DNA of 64,000 nucleotides from Eledone cirrhosa (GCA_964016885.1 OZ024761.1:9052001-9116000); one strand, 5' to 3'. Counted from the first letter of the stretch, positions 28,932-42,777 are shown. The notes: generated from the letters alone by a model not told the origin. Numbers and translations are program-made.

Positions 28932-29140
28932 CCCTTTAGCATTTACATTATTCTATATTTACTATTGTATTTTCACAGTAAAGACTTTATCTTACATAAT
29001 TCTCACATACTATCAAATCTACGAGATTCGGATGTTATTTTGAGAACAATATCTGAATGTAGGTATGAACGGCCAGTTATGGCCGGTTTGAACAGGTGAG
29101 AGAATTCTGCCCGTATATGACCGGTTTAAATGCTAAAGGG
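28932..29140. mobile_element. piggyBac-like MITE
   Basis: TIRs ccctttagcattta / taaatgctaaaggg, flanks ataa and ttaa. Partial copies start at about 5779 and 27022. Confidence 0.8.
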
Positions 29141-29379
29141 TTAACAAGAATTTCTCTGGGGCGAGAAGATCATGGTTTCTAACTCAGAGAACGTTTCTTT
29201 AACAAACATAAGCTTATTAAAAGTAGAAGGGATATTCACAGTGTGTATAGAACTTCTATCAAATAGATTTTCTAGTGGCTAAGAACTTAGTAGCTCCAGT
29301 TAGAATTGTGTTGCACATATTCAGTAAGTATTTTTCTATTGAAATGAAACTTAAAGGTATACTAAAGCCACAAACGTTT

Positions 29380-29905
29380 TTCAGAGTTGGTACCATGAAC
29401 GCAGGCACATGGAAATGTCGATGAAATGAGGTTGTAGAGATGCTTGAATATAAAGAAGTTGATATTTGCTGTGTTCAAGAGACTAGGTAGAAAAATTCAT
29501 AGATAAGGTAATTGCCGTAAATAGAGTGAACGACAGAATAATTAAAATAAGACTAGTTCTAAATAGAACAACTGTGTCAATTATATCTGCTTGTGCACCC
29601 CAATCTGGTCCACCAGATGTCATAAAAGACAAGTTGTATGAGTCGCAAACGTTCACTACCTCCCAAGTGACTACATAATTATTGCTGGCCAACTTAATGG
29701 GCATGTTGGACAATATGTGATGTTTATGATGGGGTCATGGAGGTTATATATAAGTTTAGTACTAGAAATGAAGAAGGTTTCAGGATCCTGGAATTCTGTG
29801 ACGCCAATAACCTACCTATCTGTAATAAACTTTAAAAAACGAGACAATCACTTGATCACCTATAGATCGGGGTGACTCGCTACCCAGATAGATTATATCC
29901 TTACT
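29380..29905 (+). pseudogene. RTE LINE endonuclease remnant
   Basis: FRVGTMNAGT, ICCVQETR, NGHVG, RNEEGFRILEFCDANNL, TQIDYIL; contains frameshifts. Confidence 0.85.
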
Positions 29906-29909
29906 AGAA

Positions 29910-30165
29910 GACGAGACAAACTGTGTTTTTCGCCTTAACTCTCCTGCTCTGAGCCAGTGTTACAGTCAAGCCAGAGACCTGCTGTTTCTCCAGCACAAGG
30001 CCCATACAATAGTCCACTGCGATGATAAAAAGGTAGGGAGCCAATGTATCTCCCTGGAGCACTCCAGCCAGTATCTCAAAGAACTCCGTCATCCCATCAG
30101 GTGAAATGACTTAGGGTTTGGTGTAGAGAAGGGATATCAGGTCCACTATCTTCTTGGGGATATGT
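29910..30165 (-). pseudogene. Non-LTR RT fragment (RTE/RTEX-like)
   Basis: PKKIVDLI...SPDGMTEFFEILAGVLQGDTLAPYLFIIAVDY. Confidence 0.8.
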
Positions 30166-30185
30166 ACCTATATATATATATATAT

Positions 30186-30386
30186 AACGAAGGAATTGTG
30201 GTAAGGAACCAGATGGACCATAACGCACCAGAGTACTCAATACTTAGGGTAGTAGAGTGGATAATAGGAAAAAGTATGACGCCGACGGCAGCGCTGAAGC
30301 CGTTTCGACGGCTATTCTAGAGAATAGGTCTAGAAATAGCCGTCGAAACGGCTTGAGCTTTGCCGTCGGGGTCATACTTTTTCCTA
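30186..30386 (-). mobile_element. Fold-back element family H1 with partial hammerhead
   Basis: Inversion centred on gacggcta...tagccgtc, followed by GAAA-cggc...gccg-TC-gggg. The CUGANGA half is absent. Confidence 0.8.
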
Positions 30387-30459
30387 CATATATATATATA
30401 TATATGTGTATGTGTGTGTGTGTGTGCATATATATATACACACACACATATATATTCTT

Positions 30460-30675
30460 GACGATCGACTTTCGTCAAATCGGACCGAGGGAACAATGTT
30501 TCCGTTGGTCTTTCCAATTGCTAATACTATCTATTGGTCGCAACTCCAGGTAGAAGGAGCAACGTGAAATAAAGTGTCTTGCTCAAGGACATAACGCATC
30601 GCCTAGTCCAGGAATCGAACTCACAACCTTATGATTACGAATCCAATTCTCTAACCACTCAGCCACACGCCTTCA
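30460..30675 (-). mobile_element. SINE family 1
   Basis: Near-identical to 6945-7158. Confidence 0.85.
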
Positions 30676-30840
30676 CATATATATATATACATATAATTAA
30701 ATAGATACACACACACACACACATATGTATATATATATGTATATATATACATATATATATAATATATAATTATATATATATGTGTGTATATATATAATTA
30801 TATATATGTATATATATAGGGGGAGGGTCATATTTGTGTA

Positions 30841-30871
<31 letters not shown>

Positions 30872-30878
30872 TATATAC

Positions 30879-30965
<87 letters not shown>

Positions 30966-31002
30966 CATATATACACATATATATATACATATATATATAT
31001 AC

Positions 31003-31035
<33 letters not shown>

Positions 31036-31133
31036 CATATATACACATATATATGTATATACATATATATATATATACATATATACACATATATATATAC
31101 ACACACATATATATATATACACATATATATATG

Positions 31134-31189
<56 letters not shown>

Positions 31190-31284
31190 CATATATATAT
31201 ATATTTATATATATATACATACATATATTTCATCAATTATTCCTGATGAAAATCTATGAAGAGACGTCTCCCTCAATATAAGTG

Positions 31285-31325
<41 letters not shown>

Positions 31326-31416
31326 TACGTTAATTATTTTCCATTTTGATGTTATAGTCACTTATATATTATGATATGAAATACTGTTGGCTTCTTACTC
31401 ACAATAATTTCTATAT

Positions 31417-31494
<78 letters not shown>

Positions 31495-32210
31495 ATATAA
31501 AAATGTAAGTATGTATACGTACATACATATATGTATACAAACGTATAGTAGTATGTATATATATACATACATGCACACACATATATATATATGTACGTAT
31601 GGGTTTACCGAACATTTATTATAATGTTCGTTTTGTTTGTAAACAAACAGCCCGAATTACGCCGTACAGTGTTCGACGACCATTGTCGCCTTTTTGTTTA
31701 ACACTGACACAGGAACGATGTACTAGTTTCAAGCTTATTAGCTATCGTCAGCATCGTATATCTTCCTGTCAGATAATTGAACGTTTGAAAGTATATACTT
31801 TCCTTATGTATATTAACGGCTGAGCAGATTTGTCGCAAAATTGTAAACAAAGATAAAAAGAAACGTTGTTAATATAATTTTACACAGAAAAGCATTAATT
31901 TATGTATGTGGTGTGAGTATATTTATTCTAATACAGATCTAAAAAAATCTCGTCATGTTTTAATATCACGAAGAACACAAACGATGTATTCTGAGATAGG
32001 AACATAAAGACAGGATGGTCACGGCAGGCATGTCATGGCTTGATCAGAGCTGAACAACTTACTCTATCTCTATTGGTGGTCGACCCATTTGTTAGAAATA
32101 GTTGCCAAATTCCTGTTAGGTTAGGAGCGCCAATTAGCTGCAAAACATTGGGTCGTCAAGTATGAAATTTCTAGAAAAAAAACGAATTTCTACAAATTTC
32201 ATACTTGATG

Positions 32211-32260
<50 letters not shown>

Positions 32261-32418
32261 ATATAGTAATAATAATAAATTTGTTATTTTAATAAATATA
32301 TATATATATATAATAAATATTTAATAAATATATATATATAATCTGTTATTTTAATAAATATATATATATATATAATCTGTTATTTTAATAAATATATATA
32401 TATATATATAATCTGTTA

Positions 32419-32503
<85 letters not shown>

Positions 32504-32505
<2 letters not shown>

Positions 32506-34720
32506 TAATTTATCCAAAAGAGATCTTGACAATGATGAAATGCAAATTCTGTCAAAAGGACTGAAATTCACACCGACTCCAACAGTCAACCACCAAGAAC
32601 TGAAGGAGGATACCCAAGAATTCTGTCGAAAATTACGTCTTGTAGAATTCTTCGCTGATAAAAGTAATGAGAGTGATGAATCACTAGTAAAGAATAAATC
32701 AAATTTCACTCCGCCAAAAGGAAGAAATATCTATCTCGACCAATACATTGACATCCTGTCTAAATTTCCTCTTAGACGTAATACTAATGTTAAGCCAAAC
32801 ATTAACAAATAGGAAATGTCTGCACTTAAACGTATACAAAATGATAAAACAATAATAATTAAACAAGCAGATAAAGGGGGTGCAGTTGTTATAATAGATG
32901 CTGAATACTACAAAGATTTGGTTGAGGAACATCTGAAAGACAACATTCTATCATGAAATACTGTCAAATATAGACCACAACATCATGAAGAAGATCAACA
33001 ACCTGGCTTCAAAATACCACAACTCACTTACTGACTACATCACCAATTTTGAGCCGAAACCCAGCAACCTGTATGGCCTACCGAAAGTTCATAAGTCAAA
33101 AGAAATGCAACTGGCAGTAAGAGAACAAAACAGTGAGTACATTAAATTACTACACCCAAAAGACTTAAAACTTAGACCTATTATAGCTGGTCCAACATGC
33201 CCTACCCACCGTCTAAGCAATTTTGTTGACATTATTTTGAAACCACTATGTATTCACATACCCTGTTTCATCCGGGATGATATCGACTTCCTGTCCCATC
33301 TTCCCAAAACCACGGAAATGAATTCACTTCTACTTAGTTTTGATGTGGTAAGCCTTTACACCAACATTACACATGATTTAGGAATAAAGGCAGTTAAATA
33401 CTGGGTGGAAAAACATAGAGAAGTGATTCCCACCAGATTCACAGCGACATTTATATTAGACGCAGTTAAACTTATTCTGGGAAACAACACTTTCTTCTTC
33501 AATGGAAATAATTACATCCAAATTAGAGGCACAGCGATGGGAACGAAGTTTGCTCCCGTTTACGCGAACTCTGTAATGGGATACTTAGAACAACAACTCT
33601 ACCAAGAAATAGAGGACAAATATAGTACTGACATTAGAAAGTACATTGAAAAGTCTTGGAAGAGATACCTTGACGACTGTTTCATCATCTGGACAGAATC
33701 GCTAGATACTCTGGATGAGTTCAATATCCTCCTGAATAACCTACACCCATCTCTCCAATTCACAAAAGAGATGAATAGTACCAAATTACCATTCCTAGAT
33801 ATAATGGTAATAAAAAACGACACCACCATTACCACGGATATATATTATAAACACACAGATACCCATCAATATCTGAATTTTAAGTCGTGCCATCCACCTC
33901 ATACAAAACGCAACATCCCATACTGCCTAGCCAGAAGAATTTGTACCATTATAGAAGATACGAATAACAGAACTAAGAGAATTTTTGCTCAAACAAAAAT
34001 ACCCATCTCTACTTATAGAAAATGGCATACAGCGGGCTATAAAAATACCTATACAACAACTTAGGACAACCCAAGGAAGAAGAAACCAAGAACTGGTCAT
34101 GCCATTTATAATGACACACAACCCATGTCACCAGAATATCTTCAACACTGCCAAAGCAAACCTACCGATCATTGCTCAAAGTAATGAATTAAAAGGTTTA
34201 ATCACAGACCGATCTTTGACTCTTAGTAAAAGACAGCCGAAAAATTTGAAAAAATTACTAACAAAGGCAAAGTTTGACCTTAACAACAAAGACCAATCAT
34301 TCACTGTATCTAAATGCAATGATAGCCGATGTGGCACATTTCAATCCATACACACTGGTCAATATATGAACACAAAAACTGGAAAAATATTCCCAAATGC
34401 AAGTATGAACTGCAAAAGCATAAATCTAATTTACTGCATTAAATACCCGAATTGTGAAGAATTGTCGGTCAAACTGGAAATGCACTATCGGAACGTGCAC
34501 GGGTGCACCGACAACAAATCAGAGACCCAATTGTTCGTCAGATACCCCTGAGTAACCATCTAGCAACATGTGGTCAGAAAATATTTATAATATTTCCGTT
34601 CTACAAATTACACAGCCCAAGTGAAATCAAGAGAAAATTGCAAACTTGACTGTCATCACTGAATATGAACCTGAAGATTGCGAAAACATGAAAGTACCTG
34701 TTCAATTAACACCATTTAAT
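32504..34720 (+). pseudogene. Near full-length Penelope-like retroelement (Neptune-like): RT plus GIY-YIG, disrupted
   Basis: INLS..LSKGLKFTPTP, ADKGGAVVI, YGLPKVHK, LRPII, FDVVSLYTNI, GTAMG, RYLDDCF, LPFLD, SCHP, Cys linker, LIYCI, IGQT. TAG at 32810; frameshifts near 32945, 33985 and 34460. Confidence 0.93.
34666..34704 (+). ncRNA. Degenerate hammerhead in the PLE 3' end
   Basis: tgaac-CTGAAGA-ttg-cgaaaa-cat-GAAA-gtac-CT-gttca. Stem I is 5 bp; the UH site is altered. Confidence 0.65.
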
Positions 34721-34726
34721 ATTCTA

Positions 34727-34910
34727 GTGGATTGGCAGTATCGGTAGAGGGTCGGACGCCATGCTTTCCAGCATAGTTACGTCTCTTTACGATCTGAGAT
34801 CAAATCCCGCCGAGGTTGACTTTGCCTTTCATCCTTATGGGGTCGATAAAATAAAGTACCAGTAATGCACTGGGTAATTGCTGGCCTTGTGCCTAAAGTA
34901 GAAACAACTA
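34727..34910 (+). mobile_element. SINE family 2 (partial copy also at 35000-35078)
   Basis: Same consensus as the other family 2 copies. Confidence 0.9.
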
Positions 34911-35186
34911 TTTCATTATAATATCATTATAATTTTAAAGGATTGAAAATAAAACGAGTAAATCAGACAAAGTTGGAATTCCTTTTATTAATGTATAATC
35001 CCTACGGGGTCGATAAAATAAAGTACCAGTAATGAACTGGGTAATTGCCGGCCTTGTGCCTAAAGTAGAAACAATTAATTTATATATATCATATCTTACG
35101 TTAAATATTCTCCATCTTGACGTAATAGTCACTTATATCTTATGAATTACTGTTGGCTTCTTGCTCCCATTAATTTCTATTCTTTC

Positions 35187-35258
<72 letters not shown>

Positions 35259-35390
35259 AAACAATTTATAATGCATATATATGAGGTATGTGTGTGTGTA
35301 TATATGTGTGTATGTGTCTGTGTGCATGTGCGTGTTTGTGTGTGCAACTAAAGTTACAGGCAGTTCGCCCAAGCAAGCACTTGATGCTGT

Positions 35391-35448
<58 letters not shown>

Positions 35449-35496
35449 TATATATGTGTGTATATGTATATATATGTATATATATATATGTATATG

Positions 35497-35550
<54 letters not shown>

Positions 35551-35697
35551 TACATACACACACATATATATATATGTATATATATACATATATACATACA
35601 TATATATACATATATATACATATGCATATATATGTATGTATATATACATATATATATATAGACATATATATGTATATATATCTATACATTCACAAAT

Positions 35698-35738
<41 letters not shown>

Positions 35739-35785
35739 CATACATCTATACATATACAGATACATACATACATATGTATATATAC

Positions 35786-35847
<62 letters not shown>

Positions 35848-35897
35848 CATATATATACACATATATATACATATACATATATATTTATACACACACA

Positions 35898-35952
<55 letters not shown>

Positions 35953-36171
35953 ATATATATATATACGTGTGTATTCAAACCATTCACTCTATAGTACTGT
36001 TTTTCCTGCATACTTGATAGTAAGTCGACCTGCCGGAAAGCAATCTAGATTTGCGACATTTTCATCTCATTACTACAAGATCGTGTTACATATACGACTA
36101 ATCGATCAGTGAACAGTGAGGCGTCTATATACTATATATTGATACACTGTGTAAAATCGCCTACGCATCCC

Positions 36172-36260
<89 letters not shown>

Positions 36261-36426
36261 GGGATAACAAAATATCGTTATAGGTAATCCAGTTAGAGGT
36301 TGTGAATACTTCGTATTGTGGACAGTTTTAGCGTACGGCGTTGTTTGACTCAACAAGAGGTTTCCCTAGGTGGAGAGTTTATGAGGCTTCTTGCATTGCT
36401 ATGTAAGTTTATCTTGGAGTAATAAT

Positions 36427-36611
36427 TGTTTCTACTTTTGGCACAAGGCCATCAATTACCCAGTACATTACTGGTACTTTATTTTATCGACCCCGTAAGG
36501 ATGAAAGGCAAAGTTAACCTCGGCGGGATTTGAACTCAGACCGCAAAGAGACGTAACTATGCTGGAAAGCATGGCGTCCGACTCTCTAACGATACTGCCA
36601 ATCCACCGCCC
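36427..36611 (-). mobile_element. Full-length SINE family 2 with a 15-bp target-site duplication
   Basis: TSD tcttggagtaataat at 36412-36426 and 36612-36626. Confidence 0.93.
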
Positions 36612-36624
36612 TCTTGGAGTAATA

Positions 36625-37085
36625 ATAGTGAAAGGGTGAAGAATAACATGGTCAACAGTAGAAAAAGGGTTTTATTTACAGTCTTAAATAAAACCCTTTT
36701 TCTACTGTTTGTTGACCATCTTATTCTTCACCCTTTCACTATATACAGTATATATTTATATATTTGGTCGTCAACTATGAAATTTGTAGAAATTTGTTGA
36801 AAAAACAAAAACAAATTTCCGCAAATTTCATATTTGACGAGCCAATATATATAACTATATATGTTAGGTATTTCCGTGGAAAAGGTAAAGGAAACAAGAG
36901 TGCTCTGTATATAGTACAGAGCTATTTAAATATGTAATAAACAATACAATGTAATTATTCCATTACTCAAGATTTCACGAAGTTAGACGATTCTAATGAG
37001 TGATATCAGACGTTTCTGTTAGAATCGTCTAACTTCGTGAAACCTTGGGTTTATGGAAAAATTATATCGTGTTGTTTATTACATA
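36625..37085. repeat. Three consecutive palindromes (36625-36741, 36764-36848, and 36931-37085 with tail 36863-36930)
   Basis: Inverted arms directly visible; the second has a relative at 32150-32216. Confidence 0.85.
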
Positions 37086-37103
37086 ATATATATATATATA
37101 TAT

Positions 37104-37313
37104 ATATTTATTAAAATAACAGATTAAAGTTTAAGCAAAGAATCGCTGCTTTCACCCTTAACGGGAGCTTCTGAAGATCCCGTTAAGGGTGAAAGCAGCG
37201 ATTCTTTGCTTGAACTTTAATCTGTTATTTTAATAAATATTTGCTCTACGGTTCTTATATATTTGATATATATTTATCCTTATCGAGCCCTCTTTGGATT
37301 TTAGTCTTCAAAT
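37104..37313 (+). mobile_element. Fold-back hammerhead element family G
   Basis: Palindrome 37104-37240 centred at 37172; CTGAAGA-tccc-gttaa-gggt-GAAA-gca...tgc-TT; tail 37241-37313. Other copies at 39054-39190 and 55675-55735. Confidence 0.85.
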
Positions 37314-37343
37314 ATATATATATATATAAATATATATATGTAC

Positions 37344-37390
<47 letters not shown>

Positions 37391-37504
37391 TATATATGTA
37401 TATGTGTATATATAAGTATATATGTATATATGTATGTATATATATATATATGAAGGAAAAATGCAGCCGCCTGTTCTTCTGATGGAACAGTGTGCTTTTC
37501 ATAT

Positions 37505-37690
37505 TAATACTATACTTGTTTCTACGTTTGACACAAGGCCAGCAATTATCCCAGTGTATTACTGGTACTTTATTTTATCGACCCCGTAAGGATGAAAGGC
37601 AAAGTTAACCTCGGCGGGATTTGAACTCAGATCATAAAGGGACGTAACTATGCTAGAAAGCATGGCGTCTGACCCTCTACCGATACTGCT
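37505..37690 (-). mobile_element. SINE family 2
   Basis: Consensus match. Confidence 0.9.
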
Positions 37691-37856
37691 ATATATATCA
37701 CAGAATAAAGAGAATCAGTGTTGCGACGAAAGGAATTCACTGGACATATTACAATTGTTTCTCGGGCGACCAGCTCGAGGCACGATCGATATAGTGATCA
37801 AACCTGACTCTGAAATCGCGCGGTGCTCGGATACGTCTCTATTCTACGAAGCAGAT

Positions 37857-37919
<63 letters not shown>

Positions 37920-38612
37920 TGTGTCTGTCTGTGTGTGTGTGTGTGTGTGTAGATAAGAGTCGTATATTCTGAATGAATGTCTTTAATACAGCATGTCTGT
38001 AAATATGTTCTGCGTGTTAGATACACTGTTAGATATTATTTAATCTGAAGAACGATTTATTTAGCATAGCCACACAGTTCTTTGCCAGCAATGTTAAATT
38101 GGAATAATAAATATTTCATTACTAAGACATACATCATCACAATTCCATCCTGTCTTGGCAGTGACCTTAAGTGAAAATTAAATTGCTCCAATGGTTAACT
38201 GAGAGTTTAAGCGGTTTAACGTTTATGAGTGCAACAGAACAAGATGGTCGTGTTATTGCGTTTTATTGCGTTGGATTATAGTAGATATAACCATATATAA
38301 TGGCTTGGAAACACATTAAGTTTACATGTTTAATCACTTTACATTTGAAAAATTCTGAGAATGGGAGAGGTTTTTCATTTTGATGATGTTTTCACATTGA
38401 ATTATTCGGAAGGAAGTTGGATGGAAGGTGGTAAATGCAATCATATATAATTAAATATATTTTATAGGACATTTTATAGAGCTAAATACTAGAGGTAGCC
38501 GACTACATGTCAACAGAAATGGAACAACTAGTTGGAATGTTTATGAACTTTTCTCTGGAGAATATTCCGTCCAGCTTGTCTGTATGATGAAGAAGAGTGT
38601 ATCGTAATTACG

Positions 38613-38687
38613 TGGTTCTGAGTTCGATTCTACAGCATTGGCACGTGGTACAGGCATAACTTGGGATTAACACAAGCCTTGTGAGTG

Positions 38688-38725
<38 letters not shown>

Positions 38726-38800
38726 CACTCACAAGGCTTGTGTTAATCCCAAGTTATGCCTGTACCACGTGCCAATGCTGTAGAATCGAACTCAGAACCA
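38613..38800. repeat. 188-bp palindrome centred on (TA)16, followed by a second palindrome at about 38810-38935
   Basis: 38613-38690 is the reverse complement of 38723-38800. Confidence 0.95.
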
Positions 38801-39223
38801 TGATGGGGTGATCGTGGGGTTAAGAACCCTCGGAGAAATGGAAAAAGATGAGTATTGACGTACATGGGACGTCCCACCCATGAACGTCAATACTCATCTT
38901 TTTCCATTTCTCCGAGGGTTCTTAACCCCACTATCAGGCTAAATAATTTCTTTAATTTCTTTAGTCAAAATACGGCGATAGCTAACATTTCTAATAATTT
39001 CAAATACACTCGCTGTTTCGAAAATATTCTTACTATATATATATATATATATTTATTTATTAAAATAACAGATTAAAGTTTAAGCAAAGAATCGCTGCTT
39101 TCACCCTTAACGGGATCTTCTGAAACGGTTCTTATATATTTGATATATATATATCCTTATCGAGCCCTCTTTGGATTTTAGTCTTCAAATTTATTATTAT
39201 TATTACTATATATATATATATAA

Positions 39224-39820
39224 ATGTATATATAGTGTATTTTGCAATACACTATATGCTTAATTAAAAGCATTTCGAAGACCTTACGCTATTGTTTTAG
39301 AGTAGTGACAGTCTCACTTACTTTAAATTTTCAGAAAACAGGGGAGATAAAGCTGACAGAGCTCTGTTTCGTACTTTTTGGTACTTATCAAAGCTAAGTA
39401 CTCCACCTATTTGCTGAAAATCATGAATGTTTGATTCTTATAGAATTCTAGTAATAATCAGGAACTGATTATACAGAGCGGTTGCCGGTCAAGCAGAAAT
39501 TGAAAATTAGAATTGGTGCTCTGAAATAGCGATATATATATATATGGATGTATATATAGTGTATTTTGCAATACACTGTATGCTTAATTAAAAGCCAACA
39601 GCTGGAGTACTTAGCTTTGATAAATACCAAAAAGTACGAAACAGCTCTGTCAGCTTTATCTCCCCTTGTTTGCTGAAAATTTAAAGTAAGTGAGACTGTC
39701 ACTACTCTAAAACAATAGCATAAGGTCTTCGAAATGCTTTTAATTAAGCATACAGTGTATTGCAAAATACACTATATATACATTCATATATATATCGCTA
39801 TTTCAGAGCACCAATTCTAA
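39224..39820 (+). mobile_element. Doubly rearranged fold-back element with a variant hammerhead
   Basis: 39224-39406 and 39508-39594 are inverted relative to 39603-39820; agct-TTGATAA-gtac-caaaaa-gtac-GAAA-cagagctctg-TC-agct. Confidence 0.75.
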
Positions 39821-39887
39821 GTTTACATATATATATATATATATATGGCCTCAGCCGGATGGCTGATACAGGTTAAAGAGTAAAAGA

Positions 39888-39941
<54 letters not shown>

Positions 39942-39942
39942 C

Positions 39943-40186
39943 TAATTGTTTCTACTTTTGGCACAAGGCCAGCAATTATCCCAGTGCATTACTGGTACTT
40001 AATTTTGTCGACCCGACCCTGTAAGGATGAAAGGCAAAATTAACCTCGGCGGGATTTGAACTCAGATCATAAAAGGCCATAACTCTATGCTGCAAAGCAC
40101 GGTGTCTGACTCTCTACTACCACCACCACCACCACCACCACCACCACCACCACCACCACTACTACTACTACCACTACTACTACCAA

Positions 40187-40242
<56 letters not shown>

Positions 40243-40440
40243 ATAATAATAATAATAATTGTTTCTACTTTTGGCACAAGGCCAGCAATTATCCCAGTGC
40301 ATTACTGGTACTTTATTTTATCGACCCCGTAGGGATGAAAGGCAAAGTTAACCTCGGCGGGATTTGAACTCAGACTATAAAGGGGCGTAACTCTATGCTG
40401 CAAAGCATGGCGTCCGACCCTCTACCGATACTGCCAATCC
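39943..40440 (-). mobile_element. Two SINE family 2 copies separated by (CAC)n(TAC)n(TAA)n
   Basis: Consensus match. Confidence 0.9.
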
Positions 40441-40442
40441 AA

Positions 40443-40700
40443 CAGATCAACCGTATGTGGAGAATGACCCCACAAACACTATCCCTGTGGTAATGGGAGC
40501 ATTATGATCGATACCCAAATCATCAGACGTTAGCGTCCTTCCCTGGAAGACCAGCAAATATGAGCTACAGAAGATCGGGCTCCTAGGAGCAGCAGACATT
40601 CTCAGACGAGTTCCCTCTCTACAATGAGAGCCTCTATAGCCCTAGGTTCAAGGCCAGAACCCGGGAATAGAGAAACAGAACTGAGCTAACTGGAATAACA
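40443..40700 (+). mobile_element. R4/Dong-like non-LTR 3' end remnant
   Basis: INRMWRM..TIPVVMGAL*SIPK..ELQKIGLLGAADILRRV resembles the R4/Dong C-terminus; followed by a trinucleotide tract. Confidence 0.7.
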
Positions 40701-41147
40701 ACAACATCATCATCACAGCATTAACAATGCAACACCAACACCACCACCATCATCATCACCACCACCACTATCGTCATCACCATCACCACCATCACCACCA
40801 TCATCACCGCCACCACCATCACCACCACCACCACCACCGCCATCATCATTAATACCACCACCACCACTATCGTCATCACCATCACCATCACCACCATCAC
40901 CACCACCATCATCACCGCCACCACCATCACCACCACCACCACCACCACTATCATCATCACCATCACCATCACCATCACCACCACCATCATCACCGCCACC
41001 ACCATCACCACCACCACCACCACCACCACCGCCATCATCATTAATACCACCACCACTATCGTCATCACCATCACCACTACCATCACCGCCACCACCATCA
41101 CCACCACCACCACCACCACCGCCATCATCATTAATACCACCACCACT

Positions 41148-41185
<38 letters not shown>

Positions 41186-41234
41186 TCCCAACACTACCAT
41201 CATCACTACCAACAACAACAACAACAACAACAAC

Positions 41235-41270
<36 letters not shown>

Positions 41271-41271
41271 T
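40695..41271. repeat. Compound trinucleotide repeat (CAC/CAT/CAA/TAA)
   Basis: Directly visible. Confidence 0.95.
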
Positions 41272-41721
41272 ACCAACTTTTGAGTGTGATCATTTTGTGA
41301 TATTACGATATTGTTCAATATTGTTCAATAAAATGTTAAATAAATTGAACTTTGAAGAATTTGACATTTTTAAAATCATCAACTAATAATCGATAGATAT
41401 AGAATGGTTCGAAGACTGCAAATTGACAGAATTGTAAAATAGGAGATTGCAATTGATTGATATATACACAATGTGCACCATTGAGTCTATACATAAACAG
41501 ACTCATTAACTGCTTAATGAACACAACCTCAAGGATATGGTCCGAACGTGGAAGAGCCGAACTCCCAATGTCATGGTCTCAATCTCTCTCGCCCTCCCCA
41601 TCTCTGTGTCTTGTGAGCAAATGGGCTCCCACGTGCTGAGACTTAAGAAGCAAATCAACAACGGTTGAAGTCCTGTTATAGTTTCACAATTATAATGTTT
41701 AACGTGTTACTATATAGATAA

Positions 41722-42094
41722 CTAGCAGATTTACCCGGCGTTTCCCGGGGTTTGAAATGCAACAAAGAATAAACAAGAAACAAACGATAATATTAGTGAT
41801 GTATCTTCAAATGAATCTGATGTTTATATTTCTGTCAATAAAGTTGGTTATCTCCCTTTTTTTTTATAAGGATTGTCAATAAAGTTACATCTATTTTGCT
41901 ACCGATAATTTTGATATCGATTTTTTATTGCTCAACGTGGGTTGATTTGAAAAATGTTTGTGATGTGACAATCTTAGCGACCTGTGCAACGTGCACAGAA
42001 AATTTGGTCAAATTCAGTTGGTAATTGTAAAAGCCTTAAGTATGCAAAGTTGTACACAGACACACACACATCCTCGCTTTTATATATATAAAGA
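41722..42094 (-). mobile_element. Non-autonomous Helitron (373 bp)
   Basis: Minus: A|TCtttatatatataaaag ... cccgg-gaaacg-ccggg hairpin, taaatctgCTAG|T; no TSD. Confidence 0.85.
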
Positions 42095-42323
42095 TAAACA
42101 CAACCAGAGGATATGGTCCGAATGTAGAAGAGCCGAAGTCCCACTGCCATCGCCTCCATCTCTCTTGCCCTCCCCATCTCTCTCTATGGTGAACAAGTTG
42201 TTGGAACGTCAAAGAGAATGGTTGGCGGTATTAGTTTTGGCCCTCTGGCCTCTCAGTTCAAGTATGTATTATGTATTGGTGTGTCTGAGTGGGCTAATGT
42301 GTAAATGTATAAATACACGCATG

Positions 42324-42414
<91 letters not shown>

Positions 42415-42419
42415 GTAGC

Positions 42420-42701
42420 GGAGGCACGTGGCCTAGTGGTAAGGCTGTTGGACTTACAATCATAATGTCGTGGGCTCGATTCCCGGGTTGCGTGTTGTGT
42501 TCTTGAGCAAAACACTTCATTTCACGTTGCTCCAGTATACTCAGCTGAAAATGGGTACCAGCAATAGCTGGAGGTTTAACCCTGCGATGGACTGGCGTCC
42601 TGTCCAGGGGGGAGTCTTGTACTCTCAGTCGCTTCACGCCATGAAACCGGGATAAGCACCGGCCAAATGAGCCTTCTGGCTTAAGGCAGACTTTAGACTT
42701 T

Positions 42702-42702
<1 letters not shown>
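42420..42702 (+). mobile_element. SINE family 1, third 3' tail type
   Basis: tggcctagtgg A-box, gctcgattcc B-box, cttgagcaaaacacttcatttcacg; tail ...agactttagactttta. Confidence 0.85.

Positions 42703-42777
<75 letters not shown>

Noticed and set aside
32940-32960. In-frame TGA as selenocysteine in the PLE ORF
   Set aside because: It is explained by a frameshift, and the copy has other disabling lesions.
36540-36611. tRNA genes at SINE heads
   Set aside because: A and B boxes continue into SINE bodies with tails and TSDs; no complete cloverleaf.
38180-38610. Coding-looking unique stretch (e.g. LHVNRNGTTSWNVYELFSG)
   Set aside because: Short frames broken by stops; no family could be assigned without a search.
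40713-41318. Gly/Asp-rich 201-aa ORF
   Set aside because: Pure trinucleotide repeat next to an R4/Dong remnant, with no unique coding sequence.
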